The notes below the pieces were generated by a model. It was not told the DNA's origin, ran no database searches, and saw only the letters and a list, made by a program, of their open reading frames with translations. Shown one piece after another: positions 54,554-64,000 of a DNA stretch of 64,000 nucleotides (positions are counted from its first letter, which is position 1; every line of letters starts with the position of its first letter). This stretch comes from Deltaproteobacteria bacterium (lineage in GTDB: Bacteria > Myxococcota > Kuafuiibacteriia > Kuafuiibacteriales > Kuafuiibacteriaceae), in NCBI GenBank assembly GCA_040218735.1, contig JAVJQW010000019.1, forward strand, positions 192,001 to 256,000, in the 5' to 3' direction. The translations under genes and the position numbers were made by a program.

Positions 54554-57276
54554 GGGAGGTTCTTCAGCAGGCTCCGCACTTCGTTGGCGTGTTTCCCGTT
54601 CGGGGCGTGCTTCAGGTAGTTCTGGTAGCCGCGCTTCGCCTTGTCCATGTCGCCGTCGTTCACGGCGACCATGGCGAGCACGAGGTGCGCGCGCGCCTGC
54701 GACTGATCGATCTTCAGCGCCCGCCACGCCTCGCCGCGCGCGGAGCGATCGCTGCCCAGCTCCACGTAGACCAACGACAGCGCCGCGTGCGCCGCCGCGT
54801 TGTTCGGGTCCGCGCTGACGGACTGACGGAGGAGCGAACGCGCCCCGCTGAAGTTGCCCTTCGCGAGCGCGTCTTCGCCCTGCTGCATGAGCGCCGCCGA
54901 CTTGTCCTTGTCGTACTTCGGCTTCGCCGGCGGTGCCTTCGCGGGCGGCGCCTTGGCGACGGCCTTCTCGACGGGCGGTGCCTTGGCCGGCGGTGCCTTC
55001 GTCGCGCCCTCGGCGGGCGGTGCCTTCGTCGCGCCCTCGGCGGGCGGTGCCTTCGTCGCGCCCTCGGCGGGCGGAGCCTTCTGACCGGCTTTCTCCGCGG
55101 CCATTGCCGCCTTGGCGAGCTCCTCCGGCGACTTCGGCGTGCCTTCGCTGCCGTCGATCACCACGCCTTCCTCCGGCGTCTTCGGCCAGAGCGCTTCCTT
55201 GCCCTTGGCCGGCGTGTTCGCGACGGCCTCCGGCTCCTCGTGTTTCTGGTTGCTCGGACCGAAGAACAGAACGCCCGCGACCGCGGCGGCCGCGGCGACG
55301 AGCAGCAGCCCGGGCAAGCGGCGCTTCCACGCGTCGCCCTCGTCGTCCCAGTCGAAGTCGTTCGCCGCGGTGCTCTCCGCGTGATCGAAGAACGCGGCGC
55401 CCTCGGACTTCGCCGGCTCGAAGGTGTCCTGTGTCGTCGCGCCCGGTCCGGGGATCGCGACGTCGGTCGACCCGGGTCCGGCCGGCGGGATCTCCGCTTC
55501 CGTCGCGACGGGAGCGGCGGCCGGCGCCGCGGCGATCGCCGCCGCGAGCCCGACGCCCGGATCCGTGGGTTCGTCGCGCGCGTCGTCGATGTCATCGGCG
55601 CCCACGTCCACCGTCCGCCCGGTGACGCGGTTGATGTCGTGCGTGGCCGGCGGCACCGGCGGCGGTTGCGTGACGTCCGCGGGGGCCGACGTCGGCCACG
55701 GCGGGAGCGCCGCGGGCGCGATGACATACGAGGGCCGACGGGTGTCCGCGGTCTCCTCCAGCGCGCGCGCGACGGCGTCGTCGATCGCAGCCGTGTCCTC
55801 GACGGAGCGCGACAACCCGGGCCGCGGCTCGTCCGCGACGGTCACGCGCGAGTCCTCGCCCTGGCGCATCGAGGGCGCCGTGCGAACCGGCTCCCAGCCG
55901 TCGTCGTCCGCGACGTGGGGGAGGCGGCCGATCGTCGACTGCACGCGTTGGATGCGGAGCTTCGGCGGAGCGTCGTCCGTGCCGAGCGCGATGGGCGCCT
56001 CGCGTTGCTGCGGCGTGTTCGTCAGCGGCACGGCCTTGTTCGCGGGGACGGTGTGTCGCGACAGGACGATCGACGGCTCGGGGAGCGGCTCGGGCACCGC
56101 GGTCTGCGTGGGCGTCGGGGCTTCGTCGAGCGCGCGCTTGAGCGGGTCTTCGGCGGAGAGGATCTCACTCGCGGTGTGCGGCGACGGGATCACCGCGCGG
56201 CCGAGCGCGCTCGGGAGATCGAGATCGTCCGTCGGATCCGACGCGGGCTCGGCGGGCTGCGACAGCCACGCTTCGACATCGTCCGTCGACGCCGGCTTGT
56301 TCTTCTGCGGGACCCCCGCGAGCACGCCGCGGTCGTGCAGCTCGGCGATGATCTGCAGCGCGTCGGTGTCTGCCATCGGGGCGTCGTCGACGACTTCAAA
56401 GAGCGTGCGCCGCCCGTCGAAGAGGTGGAGCACGGCCTGCGTCTCGTCGGGGACGACCGGGAACGTGCGCCCGAGCGTCGCGTAGTCGAGCGTGGGTTTC
56501 GCGGAGAGCCCGGGGAGCTCGGCCTGCAGCTTCGACCACTCGTCGACGCGGCGCATGCCTTCGAGGAGGATCGTCTGCGTCGGCAGGTTCACGACGTCCG
56601 AGCGCGAGATCTGTTTGAACTCGATCTCGAAGACGCCGTCCTCCCACAACAGCATCCGGTAGACGACTTCGGCGCCGACCTTCTCGCCGAGCTTGGCGTC
56701 GACGAGGTTGCCGTCGCGGAAGAACATCGTGCCGCGTTCCTCGGCGCCGGAGACGTAGCCGCCGCTCTTCACCGTGTCGGAGGACACGTGGACGATGCCG
56801 CTCTTCTTGCCGGTCTCCATGACCTGCAACAGATCGACGACGCCCATGCTCGCGAGGTTGCCGCTGAGGTTTCCGGGGCGCTCGCGTTTGGCGAGGCGCT
56901 CGGACTCGCGGGTCTCGAGCAGCGCGCGGAGGCGCGTGACGATGTCCTTCACGAGGACGGGCTTCGCGAGGAAGTCGTCGGCGCCGGCGTTGATCGCCTG
57001 GATCTTTTGCTCGGGCGTGGACTCCTGGGACAGGAACACGACGCTCGATTTGTCGTCGCCGGACTTGAGCTCGGCGCACAGGCCGAAGCCGTCTCCATCC
57101 GGGAGTGTCGACTCCGTGATGACGACCTCCGGGCGCTCGGCGGAGATGGCGTCGCGTGCGGCGGCGACGGACTCGGCGGTACGAACGGCGAAGCCGGCCT
57201 TCTTCAGGCTGACTTCGAGAACACGCAGACTACGAGCGTCCGCATCCACGAGGAGAAGTGAGGTGTTGTCGGCCAT
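54550..57276 (-). CDS. Receiver-DUF4388-like protein with disordered linker, TM helix and TPR tail
   Basis: Receiver fold with ITESTLP in place of xxDxxxP; LSGNL..MGVVDLLQ...WEDGVF DUF4388 pattern; TM; C-terminal TPR. Confidence 0.82.
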   Translation of the reverse strand: MADNTSLLLVDADARSLRVLEVSLKKAGFAVRTAESVAAARDAISAERPEVVITESTLPDGDGFGLCAELKSGDDKSSVVFLSQESTPEQKIQAINAGADDFLAKPVLVKDIVTRLRALLETRESERLAKRERPGNLSGNLASMGVVDLLQVMETGKKSGIVHVSSDTVKSGGYVSGAEERGTMFFRDGNLVDAKLGEKVGAEVVYRMLLWEDGVFEIEFKQISRSDVVNLPTQTILLEGMRRVDEWSKLQAELPGLSAKPTLDYATLGRTFPVVPDETQAVLHLFDGRRTLFEVVDDAPMADTDALQIIAELHDRGVLAGVPQKNKPASTDDVEAWLSQPAEPASDPTDDLDLPSALGRAVIPSPHTASEILSAEDPLKRALDEAPTPTQTAVPEPLPEPSIVLSRHTVPANKAVPLTNTPQQREAPIALGTDDAPPKLRIQRVQSTIGRLPHVADDDGWEPVRTAPSMRQGEDSRVTVADEPRPGLSRSVEDTAAIDDAVARALEETADTRRPSYVIAPAALPPWPTSAPADVTQPPPVPPATHDINRVTGRTVDVGADDIDDARDEPTDPGVGLAAAIAAAPAAAPVATEAEIPPAGPGSTDVAIPGPGATTQDTFEPAKSEGAAFFDHAESTAANDFDWDDEGDAWKRRLPGLLLVAAAAAVAGVLFFGPSNQKHEEPEAVANTPAKGKEALWPKTPEEGVVIDGSEGTPKSPEELAKAAMAAEKAGQKAPPAEGATKAPPAEGATKAPPAEGATKAPPAKAPPVEKAVAKAPPAKAPPAKPKYDKDKSAALMQQGEDALAKGNFSGARSLLRQSVSADPNNAAAHAALSLVYVELGSDRSARGEAWRALKIDQSQARAHLVLAMVAVNDGDMDKAKRGYQNYLKHAPNGKHANEVRSLLKNLP
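54991..55071 (-). repeat. Perfect 27-bp coding tandem repeat x3
   Basis: Encodes (KAPPAEGAT)3 and is flanked by degenerate KAPP units. Confidence 0.92.
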
Positions 57277-57403
57277 TGGTTCTTTCGACTCCCTGTCCAG
57301 GCAGGTGACAGCGCGCGGCGCGCCGAATGTTCCACGGGCCAAAAACCCCGGTCAAGTCGGGGACGTTTGCACCATCGGCCCCGAGCGAAGTTTGTGATAA
57401 TCA

Positions 57404-58777
<1,374 letters not shown>

Positions 58778-58895
58778 GCGGGTCGGCGGTTGCCGGCCGG
58801 GGCGCTGCGCTTGGGCGCCTCTTCGCGATGCGTTCTGGAGCCTCCGGCCTCTCGGCACCGCACGCCGATAGGCGTTCCGTTGGCCTTCTCCTTGG

Positions 58896-59858
58896 TTAGG
58901 CGTCGGCGAACACGGCTTCGAGCGTGGGCGCGGTGATGACGCGGTCGATGTAGCGGTCGAGCGTGGGCTCGTCGGCGCGCTCGATGTGGGCGCGCGCGGC
59001 TTCGGAGACGGTGCCGAAGCGGAGCGTGAGCTGTCGGAGTAGGGTGCGTTGCTGGGCCTGCACGCGGCCTTCGGCCTTCCAGCGTTCGGCGGTCGTTGGC
59101 ATCTGCATCTCCTCTGCGCCGGCGCCCAATGATTGAACTACGGCCGTGACTTCGCCTACGTCTACGTCGGCGACGCTCCAAAGATATTCGAGGATCGCGC
59201 GGAGCCTTTGCAACCCGGTCGGCGCCGTCAGCATTCGGCGCAACAGGGGCACCCACCGCCGCACATCCTCGATCGGATTCGGCGACCCACGCAGGTCACG
59301 CAGCGCTCGGAGCGTGACCTCGCCGAACGCACGGAGCGCGCGTGCGCGGATCATCGCGTCGGTGGCCTCCGTCAGATCGTCGAGCACGAACCGCAGCCGC
59401 GGCGTGTGCGGCGCGAGCGCCCCGCGAAGGGCGGGGTCGGCATCGACGAGCTCCGCGACGTCGGTCGCCGCGGACCACGGCTTCGCGCCGTGGTGCAGGA
59501 CCACCGCGATGACCGGCGGTAGCCGCGACGCGCGCGGGTGATCCGCGCGGAACTGCTCCCAGATCTTCACCACGTAACGCAGCACCCGAAACGCCATCCA
59601 CCGATCGGACCGCGACTGGTGCTCCACCAGCAGATAGAGGAACGCGCGTCGTCGACCGAGGCGACACACGAAGAGCAAATCCGTGACGCGCGCCTTCAGC
59701 GCGTCATCGACGAACGTCCCGGGCTCGAGCTTCAGGGAGCCCCAGTCGATCGCCTCGGCGAGCTGGGTGGGGAGCACCGCGCGCAGGAGCGGCGTCACTT
59801 CGTCGACGTCGCTGAACGCCGCCTTGAACAGCGCGTCGTGCGGGGACGTAGAGGGCAC
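58896..59858 (-). CDS. Rpn/YhgA-like PD-(D/E)xK nuclease
   Basis: PHDALFK, TDLLF, LVEHQS, MAFRVLRY, LPPVIAVVLHHG; DUF4351-like tail. Confidence 0.92.
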   Translation of the reverse strand: MPSTSPHDALFKAAFSDVDEVTPLLRAVLPTQLAEAIDWGSLKLEPGTFVDDALKARVTDLLFVCRLGRRRAFLYLLVEHQSRSDRWMAFRVLRYVVKIWEQFRADHPRASRLPPVIAVVLHHGAKPWSAATDVAELVDADPALRGALAPHTPRLRFVLDDLTEATDAMIRARALRAFGEVTLRALRDLRGSPNPIEDVRRWVPLLRRMLTAPTGLQRLRAILEYLWSVADVDVGEVTAVVQSLGAGAEEMQMPTTAERWKAEGRVQAQQRTLLRQLTLRFGTVSEAARAHIERADEPTLDRYIDRVITAPTLEAVFADA

Positions 59859-60006
59859 GGAGCCCGAGAGAGGAACGGGGGGCGAGGCGACAAGCGGGCG
59901 AGGCGCAGTGAAATTCGTGGGCGCGTCGAACGCTTGGACCGGGGCGCGTTTGGTTCAGGGGTGAAATCGCCCGTGGAAATCGTTCCGAACGCCGAGCTCC
60001 GCCGAT

Positions 60007-60110
60007 CGCTTCGCGGTCAGCCTCCGTCTCTAGGCCCTTCACGCAGCTCCGCTGCGCGGACCTGCTGCGCACAGCCGTCGGACAGACCGCTTCGCGGTCA
60101 GCCTCCGTCT
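60007..60110. repeat. 23-bp direct repeat pair with 58-bp spacer
   Basis: CGCTTCGCGGTCAGCCTCCGTCT at 60007-60029 and 60088-60110. Confidence 0.9.
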
Positions 60111-60342
60111 AGATATGGAAACCGTCCTGGTTGATCTCTACGTGGGTGACGTCCGCGTGCGATTTCATCGCCTTCGCGAGCGCCGCCGTGTCGTCGACCT
60201 TCACGAGCAGCATCACCTCGTCCTCGTGGTCGGTGCGCATGCGGCGCTTCACCGATCCGCCGCGCGCTTCGACCGCCGCGCGCGCCGTCTCTTCGGCGAC
60301 GCCGCGCCGAAAGCCCACGATGACTTCGTTCAACTGCCTCAC
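60109..60342 (-). CDS. Small protein resembling a peptidase S8 propeptide (I9-like) fold
   Basis: EVIVGFRRGV...LLVKV...DVTHVEIN pattern; ATGA overlap with the upstream gene. Confidence 0.65.
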   Translation of the reverse strand: MRQLNEVIVGFRRGVAEETARAAVEARGGSVKRRMRTDHEDEVMLLVKVDDTAALAKAMKSHADVTHVEINQDGFHI

Positions 60343-60788
60343 TTCATGACCTCGTAGCTCTCCACGCCCTGAAGAAACGCCTCGGGGGCGCCGTTTTCTT
60401 CCAAGCCCTGCTTGTAGAGGTCGAGGTTCGCCTGCGAGGCCTTCAGGCTCGCCTTCTTGCGGCGTGCCACCCAGGTCCGCGCCGGGCGTTTGATCGGGTT
60501 GTCTTCGTCGTTCAGGGTGACGTCGAGCACCTTGCGCTCGTAGCCCCCGAAGAACCCGTCCAGCATCTCGAACTGCTTCGGCGTCAGCTCGAAGAGCAGC
60601 CCGAAGGCCGATCCCTCGGCGTCCTCCTGCAGGTTCGGCAGGCCCTCGGCCTTGTTCTTCATGTTGGGTTTGTCGAAGACCAGGCGGTAGCCATGGAGCG
60701 TCCCGGTTCCGACCATCTCGGAGGGACCGATGCGATCGTACATGCGCCCCTGCACCGTGTCCGGACCGTACGTGAAGACGAGCGGCAT
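60339..60788 (-). CDS. Gamma-glutamylcyclotransferase-like protein
   Basis: VFTYG, GYRLVF, GLLFEL...LDGFFGGY. Confidence 0.75.
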   Translation of the reverse strand: MPLVFTYGPDTVQGRMYDRIGPSEMVGTGTLHGYRLVFDKPNMKNKAEGLPNLQEDAEGSAFGLLFELTPKQFEMLDGFFGGYERKVLDVTLNDEDNPIKRPARTWVARRKKASLKASQANLDLYKQGLEENGAPEAFLQGVESYEVMK

Positions 60789-60864
60789 AGGTCGCGCATG
60801 GTTACATCCGAAAGCCGCGATCGCCAAGGTGGATTACCGGGCTCGGCCCGGGTAAGAGGTCGTC

Positions 60865-61908
60865 ATGACCGAGTCGTCGTCTCCACTCTTTGTGCGCGCC
60901 ATCCGTGGCGAGCGCGTCGAACGCACCCCGATCTGGGTGATGCGGCAAGCAGGTCGCTACCTGCCGGAGTATCGCGAAGTCCGCGCCAAGACGTCGTTCC
61001 TCGGTCTCTGCAAATCACCCGAGCTTGCCGCCGAGGTGACGCTCCAGCCCATTCGCCGCTTCGCGCTCGACGCCGCGATCATCTTCTCGGACATCCTCGT
61101 CCCCGTCGAAGCGATGGGGATCCCGCTCGACTACAACCCGGGCCCTGTGCTGGGACGCACCACGCGATCGAAGGAAGACATCGACGCGCTCGTCCATCCC
61201 GATCCGATCAAGGACATGGGCTTCGTGATGGACGCGATCAAGACGTTCGTCCGCGAGATGCCCGACGTCCCGATCCTCGGCTTCGCCGGCGCGCCGTTCA
61301 CGCTCGCGGCGTACATGATCGAAGGCGCGGGCTCGAAGAACTACGCCGTCACCAAACAGTTCCTCTACGAGCAGCCGAAACAAGCGCGTCGCCTCCTCGG
61401 CAAGCTCGCGAAGGTCGTCGCCGATCACCTCGTCGCGCAGATCGAAGCCGGTGCCTCCGCCGTGCAGATCTTCGACTCGTGGGCGGGCCACCTCTCCCGC
61501 GACGACTACCTGACGTTTGCGCTCCCCTTCACCATCGAGATCGTCGACCACGTGAAGAAGGCCGGCGCACCGATCATCGTCTTCGCGAAGGGCGCACACT
61601 CGAGCCTCGAAGAGCTCTCGCAGTGCGGCGCCGACGTCTTAGGCGTGGACTGGACGCTCCCGCTCGACGTCGCCGCCGAGATGACGAAGAACCGCGTCGT
61701 CCTCCAGGGCAACCTCGATCCGTGTGTCCTCCTCGGGCCGGTCGAGAACATCGAGCGCCAGGTGCAGCGCGTCCTCAACGAGGCGCAGTCGATCGAGAAG
61801 GGCCACGTCTTCAACCTCGGTCACGGCATCCTCCCGCCCACGCCGCCCGAGCACATGGCCGCGCTGGTCGACGCCGTGAAACGCAACGGCCGCCGCCGCA
61901 CGCCATGA
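60865..61908 (+). CDS. hemE: Uroporphyrinogen decarboxylase
   Basis: WVMRQAGRYLPEY, IIFSDIL, QIFDSW, QGNLDP, NLGHGI. Confidence 0.98.
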   Translation: MTESSSPLFVRAIRGERVERTPIWVMRQAGRYLPEYREVRAKTSFLGLCKSPELAAEVTLQPIRRFALDAAIIFSDILVPVEAMGIPLDYNPGPVLGRTTRSKEDIDALVHPDPIKDMGFVMDAIKTFVREMPDVPILGFAGAPFTLAAYMIEGAGSKNYAVTKQFLYEQPKQARRLLGKLAKVVADHLVAQIEAGASAVQIFDSWAGHLSRDDYLTFALPFTIEIVDHVKKAGAPIIVFAKGAHSSLEELSQCGADVLGVDWTLPLDVAAEMTKNRVVLQGNLDPCVLLGPVENIERQVQRVLNEAQSIEKGHVFNLGHGILPPTPPEHMAALVDAVKRNGRRRTP

Positions 61909-63278
61909 CACGAAGGGTCGCCATCGTCGGCGGCGGCATCACCGGGTTGGCGCTCGCCGAGGCGGTCGAACGCAAGTCCGCCGGACAACCGATCGAAGCG
62001 ATCGTCCTCGAAGCCGACGCCACGCCCGGCGGCAAGATCAAGAGCCGACGCGAAGAGGGCTTCGTCGTCGACGACGGCCCGCACGGCTTCCTCGACAAGG
62101 AGCCGCTCGTCTTCGACCTCATCGATCGCCTCGGGCTCCGCGGCGATCTCATCTCGGCGAACGAGGCGGCCGCGCGTCGCTACATCGTCCGCGGCGGAGC
62201 GCTCCGCGAGGTGCCCACTTCGCCGCCGAAGTTCCTGACCTCCGACATCCTCCCGTTCACCGGGCGCCTCCGCGTGCTCTTCGAGCCGTTCGCCAAGTCG
62301 CGCCCCGACGGCGACGAGTCGGTGTGGAGCTTCGCCGCGCGGCGAATCGGTCGGCAGGCGGCGGACGTCCTCGTCGACGCGATGGTCACCGGCATCTACG
62401 GCGGCGACCCCAAGCGCCTCTCCCTCGTGAGCGCCTTCCCGCGGATGCGCGAGATCGAGGATCAGTATGGGAGCCTCATCAAGGCGCAGATCCAGATCGC
62501 GAAGGCGAAGAAGCAGCTCCCCGCCCAGGCCGGCCAACCGACCGGCACGATGCACTCGTTCCGCGACGGCCTCGGCCAGCTGACCTCCGCCCTCGCGGCG
62601 CGTTCGCAGGTGCGGACGAACTTCACTGCGGATCGCATCGAGCGAAATGAAACGTTCGTGGTGCACGGCAGCGGGGAGCCGGTCGAGGCCGACGCCGTCG
62701 TCCTCGCGGTGCCCGCGCCCGTCGCGGCTCGGTTGATCGGCTCGCAAGCCCCGGCGATCGCCGACACCGCGGGCGCCGTGCCCTACGCGCCGATCGCGGT
62801 GGTGGTCCAAGGCTTCGACGCGGCCGCGGCGCGGGCGCTCGACGGGTTCGGTTTCCTCGCGCCCCACGTCGAGGCGCGCCCGGTGTTGGGATCGATCTGG
62901 GCTTCTTCGGTGTTCCCGGAGCAGGTGCCGAAGGACACGATCATGTTCCGCACGATGGTGGGCGGCGCCCGCAACGCCGACCTCGCGCGCGGTTCGGACG
63001 CCGACATCCGCCAGCACGTCCGCGCCGAGCTCGCACAGCACTGCGGCCTGGCGGCCGACGCGACGCCACGCCTCGAACGCATCATCCGGTGGCCGGACGC
63101 GATCCCGCAGTACGAAGTCGGCCACACGGAGCGCGTCGCCGCGGTCGACGCCCTCGAACGCGAGGTCCCCGGCCTCTTCGTCACGGGCAACGCCTTCCGC
63201 GGCGTGGCCCTCCTGACCTGCGTCGCCGACGCCGAGCGCGTCGCGGGCCGCGTGGTCGAGGCGCTGAGCAAAGGATGA
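61905..63278 (+). CDS. hemG: HemY-type protoporphyrinogen/coproporphyrinogen oxidase
   Basis: GGGITGL FAD motif, GGKIKS, GIYGGDP, GFGFLAP, AIPQYEVGH; overlaps the hemE stop. Confidence 0.93.
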   Translation: MTRRVAIVGGGITGLALAEAVERKSAGQPIEAIVLEADATPGGKIKSRREEGFVVDDGPHGFLDKEPLVFDLIDRLGLRGDLISANEAAARRYIVRGGALREVPTSPPKFLTSDILPFTGRLRVLFEPFAKSRPDGDESVWSFAARRIGRQAADVLVDAMVTGIYGGDPKRLSLVSAFPRMREIEDQYGSLIKAQIQIAKAKKQLPAQAGQPTGTMHSFRDGLGQLTSALAARSQVRTNFTADRIERNETFVVHGSGEPVEADAVVLAVPAPVAARLIGSQAPAIADTAGAVPYAPIAVVVQGFDAAAARALDGFGFLAPHVEARPVLGSIWASSVFPEQVPKDTIMFRTMVGGARNADLARGSDADIRQHVRAELAQHCGLAADATPRLERIIRWPDAIPQYEVGHTERVAAVDALEREVPGLFVTGNAFRGVALLTCVADAERVAGRVVEALSKG

Positions 63279-63326
63279 TCGCCGCAGAGATCGAGGTGCC
63301 GAGCCGCAACCGTGGGTGGGGCTTCC

Positions 63327-64000
63327 GTGCGTAAGGGGGTCGTCGTCGCGGCGCTGCTCCTCGTCACCGGGATCGGCGCGTACTGGCTGCTGCGCCCGGA
63401 GCCCTCGAAGGTCGTCGAGGCGCCTCCGCCTCCGCCTCCGCCGCCGCCCGTCGACAAGCCGGTGCGCGGGGCGCCGTGTCGTGTGACGGTGCGGGTCGAC
63501 GGCGGTGAGCTGCGGCGGGCGCGGCTGTTCTCGGCGCGGGCGCAGCTCGATCTCGACGCCGAGATCACCGCGGTCGGGTTCGAGGGGACGGTGCCCGAGC
63601 AGGGTCGGATCTTCATCGCCGCGGAGTCGCTCGACGGGCGCAGCGCGGGGCGGTGGATCCTCTGCGGCGGAGACGGCGTCGCCGACACGACGCTCGAGCT
63701 CCCCGAGCGCGATCCGGACGCCGCGACGATCGACGGGCGGTGCACGTACCTCGACACCGGCGTCGCCGTCGCGGGCGCGGTCGTGCGCGGCCAATACGAA
63801 TCGGGCGTCACCTCGCACGTCGTCTCCGCGCTCGCGGACGACGACGGTGTCTTCCGCCTCGCGCTCCCCGGCGGCACGTACGTGTTCCGCTGCGCGAAGG
63901 ACACCGACGAGGGCCCCCCGACCGAAGTGCGGATCGAGCCGGGCACGGTGCAGCAGGTCGAGCTGTTCGTCGAAGCGCGCGCCGGCGTCGTCGCCGTGGT
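63327..64000 (+). CDS. Membrane-anchored protein with carboxypeptidase-regulatory-like domain, runs off the window edge
   Basis: MRKGVVVAALLLVTGIGAYWLL anchor, poly-Pro linker, ADDDGVFRLALPGGTY motif; open to the window end. Confidence 0.75.
   Translation, partial: MRKGVVVAALLLVTGIGAYWLLRPEPSKVVEAPPPPPPPPPVDKPVRGAPCRVTVRVDGGELRRARLFSARAQLDLDAEITAVGFEGTVPEQGRIFIAAESLDGRSAGRWILCGGDGVADTTLELPERDPDAATIDGRCTYLDTGVAVAGAVVRGQYESGVTSHVVSALADDDGVFRLALPGGTYVFRCAKDTDEGPPTEVRIEPGTVQQVELFVEARAGVVAV

Noticed and set aside
57328-57343. TGTTCCACG parS half-site
   Set aside because: The second half is not palindromic
58896-59858. Rpn gene as an IS transposase
   Set aside because: No terminal inverted repeats or target duplication; this family are nucleases rather than proven transposases
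60007-60110. Mini-CRISPR array
   Set aside because: Only two repeats, 58-bp spacer, no leader and no cas genes in the window

Overview
High-GC bacterial window, most consistent with a Myxococcota/deltaproteobacterial genome, spanning the chromosomal origin region. It contains jag-yidC-yidD-rnpA-rpmH divergent from dnaA-dnaN-recF, with a DnaA-box/DnaA-trio oriC candidate between dnaA and dnaN. A ~2.9-kb apparently non-coding island 4-7 kb upstream of dnaA carries two parS sites, with a third at its left edge. Left part: a type IV pilus accessory cluster (fimT-like pilin, large PilY1 with vWA and CUB-like inserts), a DUF1501/CxxCH extracytoplasmic operon, a divergent integrin-alpha-like FG-GAP lipoprotein, a MutS-related ATPase, alr, slyX, two orphan paralogs flanking an SCP2-like gene, nadA, uvrA, a decayed pseudogene, rnhB, a Ser/Thr kinase, tlyA and an Rsm22-like gene. 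Right part: hybrid kinase, IDI-2, PilZ proteins, infA, TPR proteins, rsmA, tsaD, a pseudo-receiver/DUF4388 protein, an FHA-sigma54 activator, an Rpn nuclease, hemE and hemG. The best candidates for undescribed biology are (1) orphan genes sharing a sigma-28-like promoter CGCAAC-N15-G[CA]CGATAA, including the paralog-SCP2-paralog cassette, and (2) a parS island flanked by an HTH/coiled-coil protein and an AT-hook/coiled-coil protein, where G/C skew flips instead of at oriC. All calls are from reading motifs by eye; no database searches were run.
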